From: Octopus bimaculoides
Lineage: Eukaryota
Assembly: GCF_001194135.2 (NCBI RefSeq)
Contig: NC_068987.1
Coordinates: 29,122,407 to 29,166,609, forward strand
Direction: 5' to 3'
Length of the DNA: 44,203 nucleotides
This document shows positions 24,901-37,327 of the stretch, piece by piece. Position 1 is the first letter of the stretch; each line of letters opens with the position of its first letter. The translations under genes and the position numbers were made by a program. Under the pieces are notes generated by a model, which had not been told where the DNA came from, did not search any database, and saw nothing but the letters and a program-made list of their open reading frames with translations.

Positions 24901-25440
24901 GTGTCTTTGACAAACATTGGCACAAAGGCAAAAAAACATGCATGTATATATATATATATATATATATATATNNNNNNNNNNTGTATATATATATATATAT
25001 ATATACGTGTCTGTGTGTGTGTGTGTGTGTGTGCGTGTGTGTGTGTGTGTGTGTATAGTAATAAGTCAGTACAATCCGACGGTACTGGTGATATAGATGA
25101 GAAAGGAGGGCAATATACGACTAGATGAGTTTATTAATGATTTTAAGCTAGACATTTCGTCCCATAACGGAATCAATGGAAATTTCGATGAGAAATCGTC
25201 AGCACATGACTGACGATTGAGTAATTCAAGTCGGTTCAAATGCAAATGAATATCAGTGAATGTGAGGAATGGAAAAGGCAAATGAATACTACAAATGATT
25301 CATAGCTAAAACAATGCCTTTTACATATCCTGCAGACGTTGTCGCGTGGAAGGTAAACGATTGTCTTCATTTGTGTACATACACAGGCACGAAAATGCAC
25401 GCTCGCACACGCACACACACGCACGCGCACAGGCACACAC

Positions 25441-25532
25441 CGTATATCGGACGGGCTTCTTTCAGTTTCTGTCGACCAAATCGATTTACAAGGATATAGT
25501 CAGTCCAGAAATATAGAAGATGATACGTGCCC
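25441..25532 (-). mobile_element. SINE family B head fragment
   Basis: GACGGGCTTCTTTCAGTTTC.GTC.ACCAAATC is the reverse complement of the family B body. Confidence 0.65.
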
Positions 25533-28500
25533 TAGTTGCCGCACCCACACTTGCGCCAATACATTGGCGCAAATATTGCATAGAGTAGCAAATGAATTGT
25601 TAGCGTTACCAAACCAGATGAGAAAATTCTGAAGAGTTACCTGTGTCAAGAGTAATACCACGACTACGCCATACCTTTGTCAAGTTTGACAATGGAATTC
25701 TATCACAATGTGGCAATCCTTAACAAAATAAGAAGTATAGGAATTTCACCTTTTCCTTCAATGTATTGGCGTCAATAAGCGCTGTGTTGTTTATGGGTAC
25801 AGAACTATAAAAAGCATAATTTAATGAAGTGAAACAGTACAAGTGCATTTGATGTATTTTCATGTGGTTTGTTTATGTATAGCTGTGGGTCAGTAAATGA
25901 TAAACCAGATCAGACTCTCAAATAATTCTGTCTATCACTGTAGAGAGCTGGAAAATCAGAAGTTATAAGGCATCGCTTAGAAAATATTAGTTCCTGAACC
26001 TGTGAATAGTTCAAGGTAACACATAGAATAGAGCAATCCTCACAAATTTATTTGTGTGTTGATAAAAGCATAACAAGGTAATACAGCTAAAAAAATAGTG
26101 TACCAAATATTCACGCTTCTGGAATAAATAGCCATTCATTTACGGATGTGAATTTTCCTAATGTATGTTTTCATCAGCTTCGACTTCTTTGAAAAGGCGA
26201 TTTAATATCACCTCTACGATACTTACTCGAGGCTCTCATCTCTAATCCTTTTGCAATTTTGCCTCTCGTCCTTTGAATGGTTGCGACATTTTATGGTTAA
26301 ACAGTTAGCTTCGCAAATATAAACATTCGAATTCAATTCCACTGTTTGTTTCCATGGACAAATATATGCTTCCTAAGCCTCAGCTCGACTAAGAGTTCGT
26401 TAGTAAAATACGGTAGGTAGGAAAATACATGGAATGTCATCTGGAACTTTACTGCTCTTACGAGTTAATCCGTTCCCCAATTAAATGACACAACCAAAAT
26501 GGAACCCATTGCAAGAATCGGAATTGAACTATGATGTAAAGCAAACTTCCTCCTTTACATCAACTTCCCAGATTCTAACAGAAAAGAGTCATATATGCTT
26601 TATTTCTTTCTCTGATTAAATCGCTAAAACGTCTCTTTCATCAAAAAACCCACCAAACACTTTCATCAGTCCTTCCTTTTTACCTACAGGTATTCACAAG
26701 TTTCACTTCTCTTCTATGCGTTCCTCCTACAGGAATCTATCAACAAAATTTCAAGTTTAGCATTAACCATCTTTTGTTTACAGTCAAAACATTTTTACAG
26801 TGAAAACATAAAGAAAAAAAAATCTATCATTTGTATCAATTTAGCTAATTTAAAAATGACTAATACAATATTAACAGATCAGAACACTTTTGGACATCCG
26901 TAACAATTATTTCAGAACTTTTATTCATTTTCGTTGAGCTAAGGTCAGAATGGTCATTTAAAACACATCACATATTCATATTCACTTTCGTTTTTATTAA
27001 TGTTTTCACTAGTATGTATTATTATGTATCAAAGCCTTTCTTAGCACATCACATTGTCAATGTATTATTCACTGATGCTCTATTTCACTTTATCTACCAC
27101 AAGTCAGTTTTGGACATTATTTTTTTATGAGCTATAGGCGAATTATTTATTCTTCTCTTTCTCTCTTCTATTTTACGTTGTCTTTATTTACTTTTCTTCC
27201 TATTTTACGCCCACTTTCTCTAACCATCTAAACCTCACGCTATCTTTCTCACCATGAATCTCTTTAAGCCTCTCATTTATATACTGATTTTTCATAGATT
27301 TTCATCATTTAAAAAAAATATTCTAGTAGTATGAATTACAATTTTTGTTGCTGTTTTTATGCTGCTATAATGTCGTGCTTGGTATTGACCAAAATCTTGC
27401 ATATATATTATTTTCTCCTACACTAAACCACTCAACCTAACTCCCTTATATACCGATTTTGTTTTGCCTTTTTTTTACATTCTATCCATGATGCAATGTT
27501 TAATGGTGTTCACTCCAGTTCATGATCCAATTCAGGAAATATCGGAGTAGACATATGTTAGCTGAGTCTCACTGCTTACTGCCATCTTTATTCTCATTTT
27601 TTGCTTTCTTTTGTATTTCAGATATATTACTTAGTCTCCTCCTTGTCTAGTTTTCTGATGATTGTGTCGTTCGCCCGTAGCTGGAGATGCCACCTACCAA
27701 TTTTAGGCTTTCATTCTATATATATTTATATTTTTACAGATATTCATTTCAGCATACAGTTCTGTCTCCATAACTACATACAATGTAATTCCATTTCTTT
27801 ACTATAGATCAGAAATATTATTTTAAAGTAAGATACAGTTACAGTAGATTTATTTTTACTGTAAATATTTGATGTTATTCTTTTCTTCGAATCTTAACTC
27901 TATACTGAACATAATAAATGATTTATAGCATGGTCACAAGATCACATATGTGTAAGAAACGGTATTATCGATTTAATCGGTTCAGTACTTACTCACTAGC
28001 AGTTTATCAAACCTAGAATGTTAAAAGGTAACAAAAAATCAAAGGCCGGATTAAAAGTGATGACTGAATTTAAAATCAGGTGTGATTAATAAATTTATTA
28101 ATTCAAAAGTAATACACATGACTACTAAAGTACTAGGGAAAATTTTAATAATATAATAATATCAAATATTTACAGGTGAGCAGCAACATTGTATATCGGG
28201 TAAATACCGTAATGAAGTCTTACTCAAATTGATAAGATATTCTAAAACGCTTACAAATTTCGAAACGTGTCAAAACGCTCAGACTATGGGATGGCCTCTT
28301 ATCATATCCGGCCCAGGTTGTTCCTTAATTTGTTCTGTCTATCTTTCATAGTATAGTACAGCATAGATTAAGTGTTTTCTTCTCGATATAAATGCAACTA
28401 TGATCTTCGAAAATTCTTTCCATAAATTTCATTTCGGATAGCAAATTTTAATGTAAAATTGTGGCAAAATGATATTCCATGGAGATATAATACAATTTAA

Positions 28501-28861
28501 TTTACATTACTTAACAGTCTCACACCCAATTAACCGACTGTTTATATAACTGATGTGGGGACTGTATAAGATATACAGAATAAACGAGTTTTATAATCAC
28601 AACTATTTTAGGCTAGAAACTAATCGTAACTGAGTGCAAATAGAGTGCGCCCATAAGAATTTGGAGGATTCACAAGACTTAGGGCAGTTGGAAATTTTCC
28701 TGCATTTCTGTTCTCTTCTTGTTAATGTTTTTGCTGCTGTTGCTATTCTTATTGGCACTGCTCGTGTCCGTAATGTTGCCGTTATCGTCACATACACTTA
28801 CAGCCTCCCTGGTTGCTTGTCATATTAAATCAAAAGGAAATGGGTGTATAATGTACCGTAG

Positions 28862-29498
28862 TGAATTTGGTTGTGATATGAGTCAGGAAAAATGACTCCT
28901 ATCACTATCAAACATTGCTGGATCTGACAATCGGCGAAACTGACACCATAATTCCAGTGGAGAAACAAACGGACAAGAGCAAATATAAGTATACAAAGAT
29001 TGTGTCCAAAAGGGTAAATTTTGGACGTCTTCTCATGTCACCTTTAAGCAGATATCTTTATTTAGAGTTTTAACCAAATATCGTGGCAATAAATAGTTTC
29101 CTACTCAACTTAACGAACCTTCGAGAATTGGCACAATATACATCCACCACAAAGTACAGATGAAGATATACAGTACATGAAACGTAAAAATGGAGGAATC
29201 GGATTGATTAGTGAAGAGGAATGTGTAGACATCAAAATGGAAAGTTTCAGTCAGCATGTTAAGAAAAGCGCTGAAGAAATGAGGGCAGATGTGAGAAATA
29301 TAAACTTGCTAGAAGAACAAACAACTGATAAAATACTTAAAAAGATAATATAAAGTTATGTGGTAAAAACAAGAATGGCTGTGTGGTAAGTAGCTTGACA
29401 CCTTGGGCAAGTGTCTTCTGCTGTAGCCTCGGGCCGACAAAGCCTTGTTAGTGGATTTGGCAGACGGAAACTGAAAGAAGCCTTTCCTATATATGTAG

Positions 29499-29580
<82 letters not shown>

Positions 29581-30600
29581 NNNNNNNNNNTCCCCAAAAT
29601 CGCTTGTGGTGTGTTTACGTCCCCGTAACTTAGCGGTTCGGCAAAAGAGACCGTTAGAATAAGTACTAGGCTTACAAAGAATAAGTCTTGGGATCGATTT
29701 GCTTGACTAAAGGCGGTGCTCCAGCATGACCGCAGTCAAATGACTGAAATAATTAAAAGAGTAAAGAGAGAGAGAGACAGACAGAGAGAGACAGAGAGAG
29801 ATAGAGAGAGACAGAGAGTATACCCTCAGCTTATGAAGAATATTGACGCAGAAAGAAAAGAAACTAAGCAGAATTGGATTTTAAAAAATGGAATTCTAAA
29901 ATAGAGAAAGAAGGATTAATTGTGGCAGCTCAGGGTCATGTCCTCTGAAAAAATAATGCAGGGCAGGAGTCAATGAGTCAAAGATGTACAGGTTGTGCGC
30001 TGAAGGAAAAGAAACGGTGACCCGCATACTAAGGGAATGCTTCAAAATCATACAGAAACAGTACAAATCTTGGTGACATGATAATGTTGCAAAGGTCAAC
30101 CACTGGGAATGTGTAAGAAGTATGGACTTCCATCAGAACACAAGTACCTGCACGAGACACTGAGAATGATGAGGTTCAACTTATTATGGGGCTTTCCTAT
30201 CCAAACGGATCAATGTTCTAGAGCAAGTCACACAAGATGACTTGGTGTTTCCGAAGCGGGAGCGGACTTGCTACATAATAGATTTCGCCTGTCCATTTGA
30301 AGGAAGGAAAGAGAAATAAACAAGGTAGATATATACTAAGACTTAAAGAAAAAGACAAATAGATTGTTGGTTAACAGTAAAAGTGAGGCCGTACTAAATT
30401 GTCCGTGGATACTTAGAAACGACGGGGAAGAGAATCGAGGAGTAAACAGGTAAAATTGACTTGCTGAAGTACATAGAATACACGTAACCAGCCAACTTCT
30501 CAGGAATGGCGAAGATTATTCGAAAAATCTTGCATGACTAAGATTACGGGTGGTGAATTGTTATCCAAGAGTAAACCGACCTAAATTCCAACATAGGGGT
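28862..30600 (+). mobile_element. Decayed R4/Dong-type LINE (RT end, zinc knuckle, restriction-like endonuclease), interrupted by a SINE
   Basis: EFG, KYKY, VAINS, YMKRKNGGIGLISEEECV, EGLIVAAQ, YRLCAEGKETVTRILREC, QYKSW*HDNVAK, LWGFPIQTD, DDLV..CYIIDFACP, then a short 3' UTR and a TAC/TAA tail. Confidence 0.85.
29374..29766 (+). mobile_element. SINE family B nested in the R4/Dong-type LINE
   Basis: Well-preserved tail (CCCCGTAACTTAGCGGTTCGGCAAAAGAGACCG..TAAAGGCGGTGCTCCAGCATGACCGCAGTCAAATGACTGAAA), central (TA)n(TG)n with a gap, roughly 40 nt missing from the head, then (GA)n; LINE reading frames resume after about 29820. Confidence 0.9.
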
Positions 30601-30616
30601 AACGTTCAAAACATAA

Positions 30617-30640
30617 TACTACTACTACTACTACTACTAC

Positions 30641-30704
<64 letters not shown>

Positions 30705-30731
30705 AAGAAGAAGAAGAAGAAGAAGAAGAAG

Positions 30732-30780
<49 letters not shown>

Positions 30781-30838
30781 GTAACAGCGACAACAATAAT
30801 AAGAGCAGCAATGATGATGATCATCATCATTATCATCA
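30617..30838. repeat. Compound trinucleotide array (TAC)8(TAA)12(GAA)19(CAA)15 plus GAT/CAT
   Basis: Directly visible; source of the homopolymer ORFs at 30550-30855. Confidence 0.98.
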
Positions 30839-31387
30839 CGATTTCTTTATTTTGATGTTTTCTAAACTAATATTCCATCCACGTATATTCAGAACAGTTT
30901 CTCACGATAGCTGAAGGTGAAATATAAACTGACATTTTTTGTTGAGCCACAAATTACTGAATAGATGAAAGAAGACGATACAAACAGTATTTTAAAGAAG
31001 AGATAGACATATATGTCAAATATATAAATCCCGTGTTGAAATTTTGTGGGGAACATTAAGTTCCGAATTGCAAATTTTCCATCTGAAAATATGATTGACG
31101 GCATCTATAAATTACCATGTAATTTCAGGGAATATGCAACTTCCCTAATCGCATTTTAGTCAGTATAAATCGCAAAGCATTTACACTCTAGTACTCTATT
31201 ATAGAGTCGCTGATTATACGAGGAACTCTGTTTTGTAATGGCAAGCATATTACCATAAGGTTTATCAATGGCCGTTTATATGGAAACCTCAAAAAAGATT
31301 ATTCACCTTTTTGTTAGTCTTCTTTAAATTTTGCTTAGTATTATTAAGATTCTTTATTTATCAGTGTTTACACAACAATAATTACAA

Positions 31388-31388
31388 C

Positions 31389-31443
<55 letters not shown>

Positions 31444-31530
31444 CTCATTATTATTATTAGTATTAATGTTATTATTATATTGTTATTTTTATCATTATTA
31501 TTGTTGTTGCTGTTGTTGTTGTTGTTTTTG
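31388..31530. repeat. (TTA)n grading to (TTG)n
   Basis: Directly visible. Confidence 0.95.
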
Positions 31531-31542
31531 TTGCTCTGGGCT

Positions 31543-31635
31543 AAATAACAACAAACCACAGCACATACCCAAGGCACACAGAGCTGCGCTCGGTAGTGAA
31601 GTGAAAGCACGTTATAAAAATAAAACTACTGAACC

Positions 31636-31678
<43 letters not shown>

Positions 31679-31690
31679 TAATAATAATAT
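31543..31690 (+). mobile_element. Probable 5'-truncated LINE 3' end with (TAA)n tail
   Basis: About 90 nt of complex sequence (AAATACAACAAACCACAGCACATACCCAAGGCACACAGAGCTGCGCTCGGTAGTGAAG..) ending in (ATA)n; matches a recurrent octopus repeat as I recall it (not searched). Confidence 0.45.
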
Positions 31691-32519
31691 ATGTTATTGA
31701 AACATGCAGTAAAATTTCACATATGAAAATCTGATATATTTTGTCTTGAACTAAGAGAATAATATTAATATATAATTGAATAGGTGAGCCTTATGACAAT
31801 GAATATAAGTATATAGACTTTCGATGATGTTATGCATGGGAATATGAAAGAGAAAGAATAAAAGGATGTATTTCCCAATTTTAAATCTTGTTTTAAGCCT
31901 AGACTTAATTGATAAAAAATGTTATAAATGCGATCAATACGTGATCGATTGCCACCGTGTGTCATAGTGCAACAATACTAAATATACCGAAATGTGACAA
32001 ATGATGCATTGACACAAGAATACATGGAATACATCTAAATTCAAATCCCTTCAAAATTGTTTTTACCTTCCAAGGACGCAGCTTTAATAAAATGAACACC
32101 AAGTTAATTATTGATGTCGATTTATTGCTGATTTGTTTCTGAATTAGAAGCAATTAAAGGAGGTGATTGGAAGAATTCTTTGAGTCTCGGGCAACTGTCC
32201 TGCAATCTATGTTTTTGGTATTTAAATCCTGAGGCACTCAATTTCAAATCCTGCTGCACTCAATGTTGCCTTTCTTCGATTCCCCGGCAAGTACTGCCAA
32301 CCATCGCTTTAAAATTGATAACTTAATATATGAGAAACTTATAGAAATCATATTTCCCGTCACATAGTATTCGGGTTTTAATAACGCATGTTCTATGTTA
32401 ACTATGTGAAATAAAGAGCTTTATAGTTCGCTTGAAGTATTGGGAAACAGAAGTAGAATTTCTGACAGTGTAGCGGTAAGAAAAAAAATTATATATTGCA
32501 GCCACGAATTATATATTTC

Positions 32520-32780
32520 AGAAGGATACAGTTAAAATGTAATAGCTGAATTCGGCTATCCAAATGGCAGGATTTACGTAGACGCATATCTTTTAACCGC
32601 ATCTCTCTTATTATGGGCCTTTGTGCCTGAAATATATAAAAGTCTATCAACTTTCTTCTCCAAATTGTTAGAAGCTTTCCTCCTTTTTTTCTATGTTTAT
32701 CATTCTAATTATTAAAATGAATATAAATAAATCAAAAATTGATAGGAGCTCATGTGTAATGTTAATGAGATGTTAGTCAC
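32520..32780 (+). repeat. Unclassified interspersed repeat, copy 1
   Basis: Shares TTTGTGCCTGAAATA (32620-32634 = 34150-34164), TCAACTTT, TTAGAAG and a GAATTC-centred palindrome with copy 2. Confidence 0.7.
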
Positions 32781-32785
32781 AATAT

Positions 32786-33122
32786 TCTTTTCTACTCTAA
32801 GCAAAGGCCCGAAACTTCTGGCGAGGGGGCCAGTCGATTAGATCGACTCCTGTTACTTAATTTATCGATTGCCACATGATGAAAGGCAAAGTCGACCTCG
32901 GCAGAATTTGAACTCAGAACGTAAAGAAAGACGAAATACCTCTAAGTATTTCACCCTGCGTACTAACGTTTCTGTCAGCTCACTGCCTTTAAACAGATTC
33001 TTTTCTACTCTAGGCACAAGGCCCGAAATTTTAGGGGAGGGGGACCAGTCCATTAGATCGACCCAATACTTGACTGGTACTTAATTTATCGATTCTGTTG
33101 GGGTCGATAAATTAAATATCAG
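32786..33122 (-). mobile_element. Two tandem SINE family A copies plus an inverted fragment
   Basis: Near-complete copy 32786-32990, 3' part 32998-33092, then plus-strand GGGGTCGATAAATTAA at about 33100-33115. Confidence 0.85.
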
Positions 33123-34067
33123 TGGGGTGGGTGCTACATAGTCCTCTGAACTGGTTCAAGAAGTATAGAAATAGAAACTGTGTAGATAAATTCAGAAGGG
33201 ATAAATTATTCATATTTTATTAATGAGATCGTTAGCAAATTATATTTTCAATGTTATCTCCTCGTTTGTCTTCATATTTTATGTATTTTTCTCGTAAATT
33301 TAATAACGGTGTTTCTGATAAATTATCTATCACTTTACAAGTCAATAGTAATTCAAATACTTCTTTTTAATCCTTCGTATAATTGTTGTAAGTATTCAAT
33401 CGTCTTGTTTTAATGATTTATAATAGTATAATCGTAGAGAAAGAAGAATTATAGAAACAAAGATCTTTGATTTAAATTAAGTATAAGTGCACTGAAGTGC
33501 ACTTTCCCGAATAGAAAGTCATTAAATAAAAATTATGGAATTAAGACATTTTTCTTTTTACTGAAGCAGTTATTGGAAATTTGTTTGATGTGGTTTTTGT
33601 GTGTAAAGATTTCTTTTTTATTGAAGAAAATTAATTTTTAGTTATAAATTATTTTGATTGAACAAAAAAGTTGTAACGAGATGATGCAATAGAATGTCAT
33701 GGTATTTAGTCCTGTTTTTGTTTTGTGTTATGAGTAAATATTTAGCTTCAAGTCTCTCCTGATCAAGTAATCTTATTACTTGATTACAAATTGCGTTTAT
33801 AAACGTCGTCTAAATTTGACTGTCCCATCTTTTAGAGGTATCTTAGTTTATTCTGTCTAAAATGTAAATGATATTTTGACTGACATCTTATTAATATTAC
33901 ATATGAGCTGTTGTTATTTATACTCTTTTTAATAAATAGAATAACAAACGAAAATGTAAAGGAGAGTTTCTAACAATGCAGAGAACAAAGTTAAAATACT
34001 TTTATGTATTTCAAGCACAAAGGCCCATCTTCAGAAAGACACTGTTAAGAAACCTGAGTAACAGACT

Positions 34068-34290
34068 CTGCCACTTGGATAGCCGATCCGAATTCAGCTA
34101 TCATTTCTTAACCGTATACTTCTTAACCGTATAATTCTGAAGTTGGGAATTTGTGCCTGAAATACACTAAAGTTTGTCAACTTTCATCTTTGCATTATTA
34201 GAAGTTCTCTCCCTTCGTTTTTTAGTTTCTAATTCTATTTCTGTATCATAATGTGGTATCCACTATTTCAGAATATGTGATATGATTTCA
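34068..34290 (+). repeat. Unclassified interspersed repeat, copy 2
   Basis: See copy 1 at 32520-32780. Confidence 0.7.
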
Positions 34291-34984
34291 TGTAAAGTAG
34301 GCAATCAAAAACACGCTTCTTCGCTGGCTTATTACCTTATGAAAAGGGCAAATCACATTGATTTGTGTTGCAAACAGTTTTATTTGTTATACCTATCTGC
34401 AATTATTGATATATGTATGCATTCTTCGGTGTAAAATTTGTTTCGTGCCTAGCCGAGACGTATTAAAGTATGAATTTTATAATTGCTATCTGTAAATGTT
34501 TTTAACAAAAGACAGACGTTTTACTTGAAGCATATCTGAGTAACATTTAATTCAATTGAAAACAATAATGTAAATGAATAGTTAGCAATATATATTAAAT
34601 ATTTTTAAAATGATTTAATCTCATTAAATCAACGGTAGGATGCCAATAAATATAAGATTTTAAATGATAAAGTTACGTCAGTAATGTGGTTATCATATTA
34701 GGAAGTAAAATTGCTAATGTGAAATATTGATTGTCAAATATTTTACACATTATGTACACATAAATGTATTTTTTTTTATTACTAGGGACAGTTCAGTGAA
34801 ACAATGACATAAGTGAATACATAGTGAAGTGGCGTCAAAGACTTCGGATTGTAAAAAGTTTTGTGCTATGACAAACATAGTGTTTTGCATTTAAACTCTG
34901 TCTTAATCGGTCTAAGATCAAAAATGTTCCAGCCGTGACTAAGATATTTTCGGAGCGTGTATTTTGGAAAACTACACTATACAT

Positions 34985-35365
34985 AGGCGCAGGCGTAGCT
35001 GTGTGGTAAGAAACTTGCTTCTCAATTATATTGTACCGGGTTGAGTCCCACTTCGTGACACCTTCGGCATATGTCTTCTGCTATAGCCTGGGGCCGACCG
35101 AAGCCTTGTGAATGGAATTGGTAGACGGAACCTGAAAGAAGCATTTCGTATGTATGTAATGCACGACTCGGTTCTTTTAGTTTCTGTGTATCAAATCCCT
35201 TTATAACGTTTTGATCAGTCCAAGGCTATAGCGGAAGTCTATAGTCGGTTCATTCGACTAAAATTTTCTTCTTTTAGTCGATTCATTCGACTAAAATTTT
35301 CTTCAAACCTTTACTCCAAAATGGACACAGTCAAATGACTGAAACAAAGAAAGGAATAAAAGAAT
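34985..35365 (+). mobile_element. Rearranged SINE family B: head, inverted head, duplicated tail piece, tail
   Basis: Complete head with GGGTTGAGTCCC (B-box-like); 35163-35237 is an inverted copy of 35075-35149; 30-bp duplication 35242-35271/35275-35304; ends CAGTCAAATGACTGAAAC..AATAAAAGAATA. Confidence 0.85.
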
Positions 35366-37270
35366 ATCCTTTCTGCAAGACAGCAGTTAAATCACCATGA
35401 GCTATGGCTGCTGTTTTCAGCAGGTTTAGGGACCACGAAGAGATCCCTGCCTTATTTGACAGGCTCGGGTTACATCATCGTATGTCTGCATGACCCAGAT
35501 CACGTATGATGATCCACCTCTATACAACCTGCTTCCTTAAATGAAACACTAGATCTAAAATACAGAAAGCAAGAAGGTGGGACATTATTGAACAGTTTCT
35601 ATGTTACTAAACTGTTCCGATGTAACCAGCTTCGTTGTGCATAAACACTCACGTCCATAATAATAAAAGTATGTTTAGGCGTAGTCTGCGCATACACCCA
35701 CACATACACAAACTCGTATATACATACGTACATCCATATGTAAATACATACATGTGTTTGTGTGTGTGTATCTTTTGCATATGCATTAATGTGTGTATAC
35801 AGTGATAGATAGATAGATAGATATCTAATAACCCCTAATATATATATAATCTGGTGTGTGTGTTTGTGTATGTGTGAGTGAGTGAGTGTGTTTGTGTGTG
35901 TCTCTGTGCGTCTGTGTTTGTGTGTGTGTGTGTGTGTGTTTGTCTGTCTGCGTGTGTGTGCCTCTTTTTTGTTTTTGTTGGGAAAGGGACATTGCCAATT
36001 TGACAGCTCTATTACATCATACTTGAGCGTAGAAGTTTTCCATTCCCAGATTTCTTTTGAGATCCACAACGTAATTAACAGCCTACAGAGCCAGCAGAAA
36101 TATTTCAGTATCTTTAATTTTTGTTCAAAGAAGGATACTACCGAGAAACCTCAAAACTAGTATTTTCTTTTGACATACTAACATATTTTAGGGAAATTAT
36201 ATTGGAAAGCGAATACGATACTGTACCATATTTTGTATTTACAATATGTTTTGTTACCTTGTATCGACCTTTCCTTAATTGAACAAGCTACAGTAGACCT
36301 GCTATTAAGAAGCACAGTTCTGCTTCTAAAAATTCAGCCAAATTCTGCTCCTAACAATCTCACACGACTGAAAATATCTATTATACTTCTTTTACTTGAC
36401 TTCCTATTCAGAAAAGATGAACTTAAAACTTGATATCATTCGTATACTTGCACAAAGTTAGCATGGTAAGAATTGTATGTTCAAATAGAGTTCGCAGCGC
36501 AGATCATTCTGGATCAGTGATTTACATATCTACTTAGCCACCCGATATTTCCACATATCTTAAGTGATCTTTAATGTCCTTTTTTTAGCTGGTGTCATAT
36601 GCTTCGCTTGTATTAAGCAACGTAATGTATGAGGGAAAAAAATGAAAAATGCACATTGTGAATATGTTCGTAAACCTATCAAATATCATTCATGTACTAA
36701 AATAGTCAAACCTCCGGTATCCGACGGATTATGCAAGATTTTGAACGAAACATAATAACCTTCCAGCTGAGATGAAATGATACTCGGTTCTATCAGCAAT
36801 GAAGTTCAACGGGCCAAGCTAAGTCGAAGGTAGAAATTCATTTCCTGCAGTTTTCAGCTGCAAATGTTCTTTCTGAGATGAAAACGGCAAAGTTGGAAAT
36901 ATATTCTCATGTAAAATTTATTAGTTTTATGATGTGTGCCTTAAGTTTGTGTATAAAGTTCGTTGAACATGTGTACGTATGTGTGTATGTGCATGCTAGT
37001 GAGGATAGATAAACAGATATGTTGCTGAGTGGATAGATTGTTCGACCAGATCGATAGAAACATGGATAAAATATACGCGCAAGGAAAATGTGTTTCTGTA
37101 TGCGTGCGAGAGTTTGTGTGCGTGAGAGTATGTGTGTGTGCACGCGCCCGTGCGTACGTTTAAGATATAAACGTGGATCTGAAAAGATATGCTATGTTTC
37201 GCTGATGTAATTTTTTTATTCCTCGCGAGCTGACTATTTTTCTATAAACTCGTTAACGCCAGGGCTATAC

Positions 37271-37317
<47 letters not shown>

Positions 37318-37327
37318 NNNNNNNNNN

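Noticed and set aside
25212-25240. CTGACGA followed by a TTGA/TCAA hairpin, hammerhead-like
   Set aside because: No GAAA after stem II; other CTGA(T/C)GA hits (3165, 12227, 20438, 26172, 27655) also fail to fold.
27601-27807. Strong acceptor at 27621 with a hydrophobic open frame
   Set aside because: No good donor, frame runs into TA-rich sequence, no recognisable protein.
30550-30855. Poly-L/I/R/T ORFs on both strands
   Set aside because: Translation of the trinucleotide array.
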